In this document: positions 27,038 to 40,516 of the stretch, piece after piece
How positions within the stretch are numbered: the stretch's first letter is position 1
Layout: every line of letters begins with the position of its first letter
Origin: Octopus vulgaris
Lineage: Eukaryota
Direction: 5' to 3'
Assembly: GCA_951406725.2 (NCBI GenBank)
Contig: OX597815.1
Span: 159,774,001 to 159,838,000, forward strand
Length of the DNA: 64,000 nucleotides
Program-made: the position numbers and the translations under genes
Notes under the pieces: generated by a model
Seen by the model: the letters and a program-made list of their open reading frames with translations, nothing else
The model's database searches: none
Told to the model about the DNA's origin: nothing

Positions 27038-28119
27038 GTGAGTAATTTCTCATATCTCAGTGCTGTTGTTCCCCAGACCAACCCTGAATTAACTAGACCC
27101 ATGATCAAGCACATTGTCCATCCTGCCTTTGAAGGGTTATACAAAGGACTACATTAAACTATGAAACAAATTAAAATTTTTTTTTTTCTGTCTTTGGTCA
27201 ATAAGTGTTATTACCTATTTGCTTCTATCTAGATATCTAAGGAAATAGCTACTATTCCTTTCAAATAGCCCGAGGCTATAGTACAATACCCCAAGGCTAT
27301 AGAAAAAGACACTTGCTTGAGGTGCCATGCAGTAGGATTGAACCCAGAACCATGTGGTTGGGAAGCAAACTTCTTGCCATGCAGCCATGCCCACACCTAT
27401 CTGTAAGAATTTTCTGTATGATGCATAATGACCCTATAGCTATGTTGTCTGCTTGTATCACTTGAAGGCTTTTTATCATAAATTAACTCCAACCAATGCT
27501 CAGCTCTAGAGTTGGCCAATCTGGTTTCATTTTATTGACATATAATGTTTGTATCCATAAAGACTATGTGTGTGTGTGTGTGTTTGTGTGGTTGAAGGCC
27601 ATGTGCAACTTAGGTTTATCATGATAGCCATTAGTATAGCTAAAATGAAACATTAAGCTGTTGTGGCTGCTACCTTTAAAAGCTTTCCCAGTCCATCACT
27701 GCTGGTGGTGCTTATTTCCAGCTTTGTAGACTGGAACAATAAATGAAAAGTGCCTTCCTCACAAGTACATCACTCTGCTCAGACCTTATCATCAGGAACC
27801 ATCCCATCCATCCACCCATTCATTTTCTCCACCCAGTATTCCTGGAAGGATCTTGTGTAGTGATGGTTGCTTCTGATAGGACCCTATATCTGTTGTGGCT
27901 GGATGCCCTTCCCAATGTCAGCCACTTAGCAGAGTGTGTTGGGTGCTTTGTATGTGCAACCAGAACAGAGGTATATTTACACAGCACTGGCGTAGGTGCA
28001 TATATGCAGCACCAGCACCATAGGGTCCTATGCAGTACCATAGGGTTCTATCAGAAGCAAATATCATTACACTTCCTTAGGAAGAGGAGTCCATTTGTGA
28101 AATATATTGAATAAAGAAG

Positions 28120-28260
28120 TGCTTAATTGTGGAGGGTAACTGCAGAAGTGATAGGCCTAAGAAGACATGGGACGAAGTGGTGAGAAAGGATCTTTGGATG
28201 CTGGGCCTTACTGAGGTAATGGCAAGGGTCTGGGAGATGTGGTGATTTGCTGTCAAGCTA
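28120..28260 (+). mobile_element. RTE-like LINE C-terminal fragment
   Basis: VEGNCRSDRPKKTWDEVVRKDLWMLGLTEVM resembles the GRPKKTW...D motif. Confidence 0.65.
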
Positions 28261-29439
28261 AGTAAAATCACTGTCTTCCACACACACAGGCTTGTCCTTT
28301 CAGATGCCAGTGCCACACAAAAAGCATCCATGCTGGTGCTGCATAAACACACTCATTGCAGTGGCACGTACAAAGCACCCAGCACACTCTATTTGGTCAT
28401 GTGATGCATATGGATGAGGACAGCTGCATAGTGTTACATTGTTCTGACTGTCTCATAATGTTTTCTTGGCAGAGATATTGGAGTGGTTTGCCAGCTAGTA
28501 GCAGGCCTCATTAGCCTGTAATGGGAATGCAATGCACACATGTCCTGGTACTCAAAAGCAAGTACAGGTGGGAACAACCATTGGTGATAGTCATGAGACC
28601 AACAACCAAAAAATTAGACCTTGTGCATCCACTACTTTGATATATTACAGCAAAAACAGTGAAGCTGTTCTTTAGTTCTCTCTTATCTAATTACAAATTT
28701 TTATCTGTCTAAAAGTATTTAGTATAATCTGGTTATAGTTATGGATTACATTCATTCTCACACTACATCAGTAACTTCAGAACATTGACATGTATTAGAA
28801 TTTCTAAAATTTCAAATGTAAAGATAGATTCTGTTATTGAACTGCTTCTTATAAAGAAACCTTTTAAAAACATGTGTTACATTTTGCAATATATCAGAAA
28901 TAGTTGACATAAAGCCATATGATTCCTAAAATTTGAACAAACATCATCAAGTTATATAAAAAATTTTTACCTGTAGTCCTCTTGGCAGATTTATAAAATA
29001 TGTGCTGTAGTATATTTAGAATATGTAGTATTAAATTTGATTCAATTTCAAGTAATTTTATTATGATATCAATATATAATGTTTGGCTTCTCAGTTGACA
29101 TACAGCTTATCAAAATTTGTAAAAGTGCATTTTCTCCATTTCATCTTCATATCAGCAAAACATCTGAGTTTTTGTATTAAATTAGTAACAGAAAGTCTTC
29201 TGTTCACTTCCAGTGCCAGTGATTCATTGTATGTTTTGCTAGTATACTTAATTCTTCAAACTTCTGATCTCTAATTATTAAGAATAAGCATACAGGAATT
29301 GTAGCTATTATAAAGAAGCACCTTGCCTTGGAAGGGTGATTCATTATTCGTCTGTTTAACACTCTACAACCAGAGCTTACTGCCAGCTACTAAAAGCCTC
29401 TTGAGATCTTTATATGAGATATTAAGAGCCTTATATGCT

Positions 29440-29845
29440 TTTATTCTTTTATCAATTTCAGTCATCTGACTGTGGCCATGCTGGAGTACCGCCTTTTTAG
29501 TTGAACAAATCAACCCCAGGACTTATTCTTTGTAAACCTAGTACTTATTCTATCGGTTTCTTTTGCCGAACTGCTAAGTAACAGGGACATAAATACACCA
29601 ACATCGGTTATCGGGTGATAATGGTGGGGACAAACACAGACACACAAGCATACACACACACACACACACACACATACACATGACTGGCTTCTTTCAGTAT
29701 CCGTCTACCAAATCCACTCCCAAGGCTTTGGTCGGCCCGAGGCTATAGCAGAAGATACTTACCCGAGGTGCCATGCAGTGGGACTGAATCCAGAACCATG
29801 TGGTTGGGAAGCAAACTACTTACCACACAGCCATTCCTGTGCCTA
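29440..29845 (-). mobile_element. SINE family A, full length
   Basis: Similarity to the other copies. Confidence 0.88.
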
Positions 29846-30094
29846 TGAGGAAATATATGTTTGAGGAAATTACATTGCATTCACATTTTCGTAGATCTAA
29901 GTTTGAGAAAGTGTTTTCCTTATCTTAAACTTTTGGCTGTAGACAAAAATGCTATTCCTAATAATAGGATTTTGAACACCTAAAAGCACAGCTGTGTTAT
30001 TAAAAACTTCTGTTTGCTTGCATGTTGTTCCCACTTCTGTCTTACTGAACACCACTTTGGGCAAGTTTGTTATCATGTTGAGCTAACCATCCTA

Positions 30095-30440
30095 TTCTTT
30101 TATTCTTTTACTTGTTTGTCATTTGACTGTGGCAACGCTGGAGCATCACCTTAATTTAGTTGAAGAAAACCACCCCAGGATGTATTTTTTGTAAGCCTAG
30201 TACTTATTTTATCAGTCTCAAGTGATGGTGGTGGGGCAAACACAGACACAAAGACTCACACATATATACATATATATGAATGGCTTCTTTCAGTTTCCAT
30301 CAACCAAATACACTCACAAGGCTTTTGGTTGGCCCAAGGCTATAGTAGAAGACATTTGCCCAAGATGCCACGCAGTGGGACTGAACCTGGAACCATGTGG
30401 TTGGGAAGCAAGCTTCTTGCCACAAGCCACACCTGTGCCT
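30095..30440 (-). mobile_element. SINE family A
   Basis: Similarity; head-to-head with 30578-30960. Confidence 0.85.
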
Positions 30441-30577
30441 ATGTGTAAATTGGTTTACTTATTACCTTGTAGTTAAGTTCACAGAAGGGAGGTAACTTTG
30501 ATAAAACTTAACTATGAGGTGCAGGAGTGGCTTGTTTGTCCTTGTATGTCCCCTTTATATAACGCCTTAATGGCGAA

Positions 30578-30960
30578 TTTTCATGAAATAAAGTAGCTTG
30601 CTTACCAACCATATGGTCCCGGGTTCAGTCCCACTGCTTGACATCTTGGGCAGGTGTCTTCTACTATAGCCTTAGGCCGACCAAAGCCTTGTGAGTGGAT
30701 TTGGTAGATGGAAACTGGAAGAAGCCCGTTGTATATGTATGTGTGTATATACGTTTGTGTGTCTGTGTTTGTCCCCCTGACATCCCTTGACAACCGATGC
30801 TGGTGTGTTTACATCCCTGTAACTTAGCAGTTCAGCAAAACAGACTGATAGAATAAGTACTGGGGGCTTACAAAGAATAAGTCCTGGGGTCGATTTGCTC
30901 AACTAAAAGGTGGTGCTCCAGCATGGTTACAGTCAAATGACTGAAACAAGTAAAAGAGTA
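30578..30960 (+). mobile_element. SINE family A
   Basis: Similarity to the other copies. Confidence 0.85.
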
Positions 30961-31544
30961 TGCAATATATAAAGTTTGATTTAAATGATTTAAGTAAATT
31001 CCTTGAGACTCAAGCTTTATTGTAGTCACAGTCCAATGACTAAAGCCTGTACAAGTGTATCAAAGAGTATATTATTTCTAGTGATAGTTTAACAACTTGA
31101 TGAAGAATCAAAAGATTTCCATTGTTTGCAAAGTTCATTTTTTTTTTTGTATTTGTCTAAGATATTTTATGAATTGATGTCGTGTTTTTACCCTGGCTTA
31201 GTCTTCCAGAAGAGGATTGACCCATGACTGTTTGAAGGTCCTCCAGGACTTTGAATAGTTGTAAGTTGATAGCTGTAGGAAGAGCTTGGCCAGATAGAGA
31301 TTTCTTGAGGGACAATGTTCTGGGAATGAAGAACTAGGTGAAGTGAGTAGTGCAGGACTGGATAGGAGGCACAATGTGGGGGGTACTTGCATAGAGGTGA
31401 CACTAGACTGGTTAACCCAGAATAACAAAGGTGACTGGAGTAGCTGTAGAAAAGGAAATACAAAGACTATGTCTATGGGCCAAGCCAATTAATGAACTGT
31501 CAAGTGAACCAAGGACAAGACTTGCTGTTTTCATCATTTAGAGA

Positions 31545-31860
31545 AGAGGTTCTCAACCAGGGTCCATATAAGATTTTGTGGGGTCCATGGATGCAATATT
31601 GTAAATTGGGGATCCACTGTAATTTTTCAGGGGCTATAAAAAAACCTGTGCTTCGGACCAGTAAAGGTTATATGCAATAAATTGGTTATACTTTTACAAT
31701 ACACAAAGTATTTTAACAATTTTTTATACAGTTCCTAATAATATTTAATTAGAAATATAAAATAAGATTATTGCAATATCAAATGGCCATGGGGGTCCGC
31801 TCAAGTAAAACAGGAATTTAAGGAGTCCATAGGTAAAAAAAAAATGGTTCAGAACCCCTA
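31545..31860. mobile_element. hAT-like MITE (copies at about 9200-9432 and 45015-45935)
   Basis: Ends resemble cagnggttctcaac; shared internal AT-rich body. Confidence 0.72.
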
Positions 31861-32719
31861 TTTTAGAGGAATGAAAATATCTTTAAAAATGCTTAATAAG
31901 AAGCATATAAGGCCAAACCTATCTTAAAAAACATCTGTTCTAGCCCTTATTTAGATATGCCACAGCAGGAAGATGGCTATATTTTACCATATCTAATTCC
32001 AGTAAATATAATTGAAAATGTCTTACTCAGGATGTTTGAGGACGATTACATCAGATATTATCAATGATTGATCAAATGCTCCATTTTAAACTCCATTTTA
32101 AAAATAGTAAATGTTGCCAATATACTGGCATCACTCAGAACATAGTTTCTATAGTAATTTCCTAAAAAAGAATTGATTCATTGATGCCAGTCTTATAGTT
32201 TAAGTGTTCTGTGTTTTATTTTAAGACAATGAAGAATTGTTTCTCATTTTAGCTGGTTATATGCAAATAATTTTGATTCCAATACCTTCCAATATGTATT
32301 GAAAACAATATTTAATTGGTTGCAATTTTCTTTGAAAAAAAATCCATATAACTAGATTATATTTTCCTATTTTTGTAGTATACAGTGTAGCATTTTTATT
32401 GGAGATATGCTTCTTTAAGAAATCAATAAAAAGATGAAAAAAAAACTCATTAAAAGCATAAAATAAACTTAACATTGTGGCTAAATATATATTCTGTTAA
32501 CAATATATTAATATATGTGCATGTTTGTGTGTATGTACACACTCATACACACAAAAGCACACAGACATATGCACAGATATATATATATTTAAAACTATTT
32601 CTGAAAGCCACTGCCAGTTGGAATTAAAGTAGATGAAACAAAACAAGAGCAATATTTGCATTTTTTTACTTTTTATTTCAATATTTCAGCATTAAAACGT
32701 CTTTATCTTCTATTTTTTA

Positions 32720-33040
32720 TTTTTTACTTGTTTCAGTCATTTGACTGTGGCCATGCTTGGGTACCCCCTTGAAGGATTTCAGTCAAATAAATCAACCCCT
32801 GAACTTACTATTTTTTAAAACCTGGTACTTTTTCTAGTGGTCTCCTTTGCTGAACTGCTAAGTTACAGGGGTGCAAGTGGTGGTGTCAAGTGGTGCTGAA
32901 GGACAAACACAGACATAAAGACACGCACGCACACAGACAAAGAGACAGCCTGGGGTTATAGTAGAAGACATTTGTTCAAGGTGCCATGCTGTGGGACTGA
33001 TCCTGGAGCCATGTGGTTGGGAAGCAAGCTTCTTAACATT
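32720..33040 (-). mobile_element. SINE family A, degenerate
   Basis: Similarity to the other copies. Confidence 0.8.
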
Positions 33041-33399
33041 GAGATGAGACTTACAATCTACACTGAATGGTAGTGTTGTAGCAACCATTTAATGTCACAC
33101 AAGTCTTTGTCTGCTGGTGATATTGAGATTTACTTTGTAGTTAGAATAGCCACTATAGTCCTCAGGTTTCCTATATTCTATTTTATGGTTTTGATGTTGG
33201 ATGCAATATTCACTCTATGACAACTTTATAGAGGCTTTTTGACACAAGCAACATTCGGATGTTTCTTGTTCTTTAGTATGGATGTACAGTTTGCAAGCAG
33301 TGTTTCGTGTGCAAAATGCACCACATTCAGTCCATGCAATTGGTACTCTATGTCAATCTGTAACCACGTCTACATTGTTGATAGTATAGTTGGCTAGCG

Positions 33400-34275
33400 T
33401 GCATACATTGTTATCATGTGTAGGCTGATTTGGAGATGTGCATTTTCAGGGAAGATCCAGAATGCATCAGCACTTTATACAGCAGTCTTCATTCATACGC
33501 ATCACATGACCATACCAGCACAGTCATCTGTCTTGCACACCACATCTAATTCCTCTTATGTCTAACTGTTCTCTCAAGATGCTTACACTCTGTTGAACAT
33601 GCACACTGACATAGCACATCCAGTAAAGCATACTGGCTTAATTCCTTTCAAGCCTACATATGTCATTAGCTGTCATAGCCCATGTTTCACTGCCATGCAG
33701 CACAGCTGTTTTTATACAGGCATCAAGCAATCTGCCTTTCACTCTGAGAGAGAGGTCCTTTGTTGCCAGCAGGAGTAGGAGCTCTCTGAACTTTGCCCAG
33801 CCAATCTTATTCTCACAGCTATGTTCTTGGAGCATCCACCTCCACTACTAACTTGGTCACCTAGATAACAGAAGCTATCTGCTATCTCTAGCTTGCACCC
33901 TGGCAGTTGATGGAGTTTATTTTCTGCACATTTTCAGCATTTATTGTACCTGTGCACCTTCCACATACAAAAGTTAGTTTCCCCTGTTAACCTTCCTCTG
34001 ATGTTGCTGCACCTTTTATGAGTCTAAAGCTTACACTGGGTGCATCTTATGGAGCTTCTACATACACCTTTACTACAGATTGAGCAGGGCCATCTATCTG
34101 AAGGGATTTGTCTGCTTTCCTGCTCACTAAGACTTTGGTTTTTGCTAGATTAACTCTAAGGCCCTTGCTTCCATACCTGGAACTTCTTCCAGTTCAGGTA
34201 GTGATTCAGCTACAAGAGCAAGGTCATCAGCATAGAGGAGCTCCCAGGGGCAGCCTGTCTTGTATTCCTCCATGC
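33400..34275 (-). mobile_element. RTE-like LINE reverse transcriptase fragment with embedded PHD finger
   Basis: PWELLYADDLALVAES (RT catalytic YADD), DSFCYLGDQ, and WAKFRELL...KGRLLDACIKTAVLHGSETWAM; frameshifted. Confidence 0.88.
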
Positions 34276-34346
34276 ATATACATATATATATATATATATA
34301 CATTTGGAAAGGAAGCCTCTGTATCACAGTGCTATACTTGCATGTA

Positions 34347-35223
34347 CATGGTCTGATCAATAAGTATCTGGACTGTTGCCATAGTAACGAAGCTAAAGCA
34401 CACAGAGTGGAGCCACTTGGCATAGATTGACCTTGATCTCTGCTATGCATGTGCACTAAGTTTTAACATTGTAGTTCACTTCTACTGTTTACAACAGTGC
34501 TTGGAAAGAAGTTGTATAGCATGTGATCATTGCATTGACCATGACAGAGAAAGTTGAGCAGAAAATCTGCATAAAATTTTTCATAAAGCTTGGTGATAGT
34601 TGCTCAGTGGCCTATACATAATTTTCAAAAAGTTTTCATCATTCTCAGCAATCGAGGAAATTTTATGCAACTGAAACCTGGGTATCTTTTTAGTCAGCTG
34701 AAGGCAGTTTTGGCACAGACTTGGCAGACACACATCTCATACCCAAATCTTAAGTGATAATGAACTGAACTATAACTAATCTGCACATCTGATAACTCAT
34801 GGATGGTGATTTGAGGATTTCCTCTCATAGCTGCACACACATCTGCAATGTTTTTCTCAGTTCTACTGGTTGTGGGTCTCCCAGAACATTCATCAATATT
34901 AACATTTTTCAGCCATTTTGGAAACGTCCGAACCACTCGTACACTTCTGTGTAGCTCATACACTCTTCTCCATACACTTTCTGCAACTTTGCATTGGCCT
35001 CTGACATAAGCCATGACAAGTTTCTCTGACATGAATGCAACAATCACATGCTATACACTTTCCTTCCAAGCACTGCTGTAAACAGCAGAAGTAAGCTCAG
35101 ACATTAAAATTTAGTGTGCATGCACAGCAGAGTTCAAGATCAATCTGTGCCAAGCAGCTTTATTCTGCATGCTTTAGCTTTGTTAGTATGACAACAGTCC
35201 AAATACTTATTGTTCAGACCTCG
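34347..35223. mobile_element. Mariner-derived non-autonomous element with about 210-bp inverted arms, TA-flanked
   Basis: ta-catggtctgatcaataagtatctggactgttgcc ... acaacagtccaaatacttattgttcagacctcg-ta. + arm starts MTEKVEQKICIKF; - arm encodes an HTH region (..NVNIDECSGRPTTSRTEKNIADV..). Confidence 0.85.
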
Positions 35224-36739
35224 TATATAAACAATTTTAGCACTAATTGGTATGACTTATGCTTTCTTGTGGAAGATTGTGTTGTTGAAAGTTTCCCCTA
35301 TGATTCTGAGTTAGAAATCAAGCAACAAGAGGAATCCAGTTTTTTTGTGATGTCAGTAACAATCGAAGGGAAATACTTAACAATCCTCTGAAGTTTTATA
35401 TCATGTTTTAAAAGATCACTGTCATGTATTGTGTTAAGGACAAGCCAACTCAGCATAAATCATTCCATTCCAGTTTGATGATTATGGTTAGAAATCATAG
35501 GTGCAGCAGGTAACTGAAGTGTCATAAAACTGAAATAAAATATACATCACAGACTTGACTGCTTATGAACTTCTCTTCATTCTTTGGTGCTTGCATTAAA
35601 TGGAAATGTCTAAGTGCTCATTGGGTCACTGAAGGTTTTTGTAGTTTTGCATCCATGTACCTATGCATAATACAAAAGATTAAGCCCATCCATGTCTAAA
35701 AATTACATGCATGAAGAATGAGTGAAATATAATTTGAAGTAGTTCTGCTGGAAATAAATCTTCATTGCAAAATAAGTATCTTTTAAGAATTTTCTATGAT
35801 CTATTCTGTGATTTTCACACATATGTTGTAACCTTTTTAAGTTCTGTCTAAACTGGGCCATCTAATCACATCTTTGAGACAAATAAAAATGACTCTGTCT
35901 GTCTGTCTCTCTTTTTCTCACTCTGCCTTTGTCTCACTCCCTTTCTCTAACCCATATGCCATCAACTTCCTTCACATTCTTCCTTCTCTACATTAATAAC
36001 ATACTTGGTATTTCCTTTAATGATGTTCAGTGTAACCCTTAATTCAATGTAACCCTTCATTTTTTTTCCCATGCAGGTATCATCCACATGCAACTAAGGC
36101 TCCTTACAAAATATCTACATTCCTTCCCCAAATAGTGGCCTCTAAAATATCCTTCAATAATGACAATACACTTTCATCAGCATAATAGCAATCACTGCAT
36201 CTCTCTGGAAACAGTCTCCTGTTAGACTCTTTCTGTTTTTGAGGTAGCACATAGTTAAAATCCTTCAAAAGCACTGCAAAGGCCAAGCCTCACAGTTACG
36301 GAAAACCTCTCAAGGTGATCTTTATACTCACAGTATAACAAAAATTACATTCCCAATGCTTTGGTGCCAGAAAATAGTTGGGCTCTGAGCAAATACTGAC
36401 ACTCTGCAAAGTACAAGTGATATCTATAATAGACTAAATGACCTTAAGTCTGGGACAGAGCCCTCGTTACACACAAAAACAGCCTAGAGCAGACATGGGC
36501 AATCTTCTTTTGAGAAGCAGGCCACATGACACATGGTTCATCATCAGGCAGGCCACACTACTAAGATAATACTAGGAATTTTTCGTTGGCTGGCCATTCA
36601 CAAAATCTTGTAGGCTACAGCTTACAATTGACTGGCCTTGACTGTATTCAAAAGAATGTCATCTGACTAATTGACAAGGATCCTTTTGCTAATTCACTCC
36701 AGTTCCTGACTCATTGATGTGCTACTCATCACTCTGCTT

Positions 36740-36770
<31 letters not shown>

Positions 36771-37394
36771 TGGGCAAGATCCATCAATCCAAGTGAAATC
36801 ATAGTCATGCCCAATGCTAGTGTTGCGTAACTGGCCCCTGTGCCAGTGACACGTAAAAAGCACCCTTCAAATGTTGGGCCTTACAGTGTTAGTGATAAGT
36901 GACCGAGACCTTTGGCAATATACCATGCTTGAGAAGACCTGTCAAGCCAAGTACAATCATAGTCGTGGCTGATGCTGGTGTTACATAACAGGTACTCATG
37001 CAGGTGGCACATAAAAAGCACCCTCTACACTCTTGGAGTAGTTAGTGTCAGGAAGGGCATTCAGCTGTAGAAACCATGCCAAATCAAACTGGAACCTGGT
37101 GCAGCTACCCAGCTTACCAGTTTTCAGTCAAACTACCCATTCCATGTTGGCATAGAGAATGGATTTTAAATGATGATGATGATTTATTCACTGAAACTAT
37201 AATGGCCTCTGCACCTCAAAATTATTAGTGATCTATATGCCAACCACAAGCATTATCCATCCTTGCATCACCCATATTTGATCTTATTCTTCAAAAACAA
37301 CACCACCAAAAAAATTAGCATGTTGCTTGATTGTAAGAAATCAGTAATTGCAACAGAGTGAGATTTGGTGATTTAGTGAAAATAGAGTATCAAA

Positions 37395-37623
37395 TTAACC
37401 CTTTAGTATTCAGATTACTCTGCCAAGTGTAAAGCATATTTATTCATTTTATTTGGAATTAATTATGAATTATCTCATGGCTTTGAGATTTCAATGATAT
37501 GACTGTATATTTTTAGAATGACATTGTAGGGTAGGTGTAAGAGGCCAGATACGGCCAGTTTCAACATAAAGCAAGCAGAATATTTTGGACTGGATATGGC
37601 CTGTTTGAATGTTAAAGGGTTAA
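37395..37623. mobile_element. piggyBac-like MITE, second family (copies at 4222-4446 and about 14610-14795)
   Basis: TTAA-ccctttagtattca ... tgaatgttaaaggg-TTAA. Confidence 0.8.
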
Positions 37624-39019
37624 ATATGTCATTGCTATACATTATTCCACATTACTCTTTAAGGACCACAGAGCTGGTTTCCTCATTCTGGGGCTTATAT
37701 ATTCCTCCCTCGACAGGACACCAGTTTGTCATAGGATTACTCATTTTTCCAGCTGAGTAGATTGGAGCAACTTGAAATGAAGTATTTTGCTCAAAACACA
37801 GCACATCGCCTGTCCAGGAAATGAAACCACATTCTTACGATCATGAGTTCAACACTAGCCACTAAGCCATGCACCTCCACACATCACTACTGTATTTAAT
37901 TACATTTCTCTGTGATCAATAAAACTGGTACCAGTAATATAACCAGAATCATGCATTCAACTGTTTCCTTCCCCATGACTAACTAAACTGCCTCTGCGTA
38001 GTCCTAATGAAGAAATCAATAAACACTGCATAACGATTACAACTGTTTTCCTAGACACTTCACTAATTAATACTTTAATCTTGACCTTGTTTAACCCCCT
38101 CAGGTCTTTCACTTATACTATCTCACTTCCCTACTTCTTCTCCTTTCATTTTTCCTATCTCTTTCTTCCCCTTTTCCTCCTCCCCCTTATCGTTAGCCAT
38201 ATTCCAGTTAATGTCAATTTTCCCATGCTAGCCTGAGCATGATAAATTCCTAGCACTGTGTATTTCCTTACCTTTATCTTGCTTCATTTCATGTGTTAAC
38301 TTCATCTGGGGCCTAAGTTAATTTTTTATTTATTTATTGATTTATTTACTTATTTATTTATTTATTATTTAGACAGCATTATGCTGAATGAACCTTTCTG
38401 CTGACTTATAGCTCCTTGGATTAAGTAAGATGTCTAAAAGCCTCCTATTATAGCAGATTATAGGGTTTTAGTTAAAGGTTAGTCATGTAGCGGTAGATTA
38501 GCTATGTAATTAACCTCACCACTACATGTGCTGTTGCATCATCATCATCATCATCATCGACTTTATGTTTATGCTTTTCATGCTTGCATGGGTCAGACAG
38601 AATTTTTTGAGGCAGATTTGCTACAAGTTTCCAAACAAGCCTGCTTGGATGGCAGTGATGCTCATTTACAATCATCACATGATGTCAGGACAAGGGTACA
38701 CACAAATTCACTCACACATACACACACACACACACACATGTCTATGTGTGTGTGTGTATATATATATACATATATGGTTATAAGAGATAATTGTGTCATT
38801 GAGAGCCAAATGGTGTCATTGAGACCCAAAGGTGAATAAGTGCTATAGACAGACCCTAGTTAAGTTCCAGATTCGGTAATATTGCGAATAAAGGGTTCAA
38901 CGTTGGTTCTATGTCAGCGTGTGTATATATGAATTTTTTGCCAAACATATCTTCCTCCACCTCACTCTCTATTTGTATCACGTCGAAACTAACTATGACT
39001 TAATTTTTCCTCTCACACC

Positions 39020-39071
39020 GTCTCTGATGAAGGGATATTATTAATTAATATCCTAGAAACAGCTGTAAGAC
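39020..39071 (+). ncRNA. Minimal type-I hammerhead ribozyme motif (Penelope-like type)
   Basis: GUCU-CUGAUGA-A-GGGAUAUUA(uuaau)UAAUAUCCU-A-GAAA-C-AGCU-G-UA-AGAC: stem I GUCU/AGAC, intact core, 9-bp stem II, minimal stem III with palindromic AGCU loop, GUA cleavage triplet. Confidence 0.8.
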
Positions 39072-39569
39072 CTTCTGTCTATAAATGCTCTAATATCTAT
39101 ACAGCCTTGGTTTTTATCTCATTACGCAAAAAATTCATATATATATGTATGTATGTATGTATATATATATATATATATACAGCAGACTTCTTTCAGTTTC
39201 CCTCATCCACTTACAAGGCTTTGGTCAATCAACTGCCAAACTAGAAAACACTTTGTCTTCGAGGCTGTGATGTGGAATTGAGCCCATAACCACATGGTTG
39301 AGAAGCAAGTTTCTTAACCACACAGCCCTGCCTGTTGCACTGAAAAGTAATCCATATGTTGTTTAATTTTCCTGTGTTGCATTTAGTGTACAATGATTGC
39401 ATTGGTTCCAGGTTCCCAATGAGTCAATCACTTCTTCATTGCAATTTTGCTGAATGACAAAGGAGTGCATGTAACTCAGTGCAGAACAAATATCTCTAGT
39501 GAATTTGTTCCTGTAGCGTTCATTTGTTCGTTTTTCCTTTTTCTCACCACTGTATCTTTCCTATTATTG

Positions 39570-40516
39570 TTTACTTGTTTCAGTCATTTGACTGTAGCCA
39601 TGCTGTGGAGCCACTGTCAAGGGTTTTAGCTGAACAATTCGACCCAGAACTTATTTTTTAAAGCCTAGTGGTTATTCTGTTGGCCCCTTTTGCTGAACTG
39701 CTAAGTTACAGGGACATAAACTCACCAACATGAGTTGTCAAGTGGTGATGAGGAACAAACAAACAAACACAAAGACATGCACACACACACACACACAGAT
39801 AGATACGATGGGCTTCTTTCAGTTTCTGTATACCAAGTTCACTCACAACACCGAAGGCTAAGCTAGAAGGCACTTGTCCAAGGTGCCATACAGTGGGACT
39901 GAATCTAGAAGCATGTGGTTGGATCGAATAATATACATTACACAGATATATACATACACACGCATGTATGTATATATGTATGTGTGTATCTGTTGATCTG
40001 TATGCACTAGTGTGCATGTGTATGGTATGTAGGTGTGTGTGTATATATATTTGAAAAAAGAAAAAGAATGACTTCACTGGTAGTTCTAATCAGTTTAATT
40101 TATTATTTATATATATATATATTTTTTCTTTTATTCTTTTACTTGTTTCAGTCATTTGCCTGTAGCTATGTTGGAACACCACCTTTTAGTTGACCCCAAG
40201 ACTTAGTCTTTGTAAGATAGGTACTTATTCTATTGGTCTCTTTTGCCTAACCATTAAGTTACAGGGATGTAAACACACCAACATCGGTTGTCAAGCAGTG
40301 GTGGTGGGGGACAAACACACACACACACACACACACACTAATATATACATATACATACATTTATAACAGGCTTCTTTCAGTTTCTGTCTACCAAATCCAC
40401 TCATAGGCATTGGTCGGCCTGAGGCTATAGTAGAAGATATTTGCGCAAGATGCCACACAATGGGACTGAACCCAGAACCATGTGGCTGGGAAGCGAGCTT
40501 CTTACCACACAGCCAC
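39570..40516 (-). mobile_element. Two SINE family A copies (about 39570-39920 and 40128-40516)
   Basis: Similarity to the other copies. Confidence 0.82.

Noticed and set aside
26897-27157. 86-aa single-exon ORF
   Set aside because: Only 26895-27037 is exon; the rest is intron read-through after the gtgagt donor.
36104-36420. Coding-like minus-strand stretch
   Set aside because: No recognisable domain or splice signals; contains stops.
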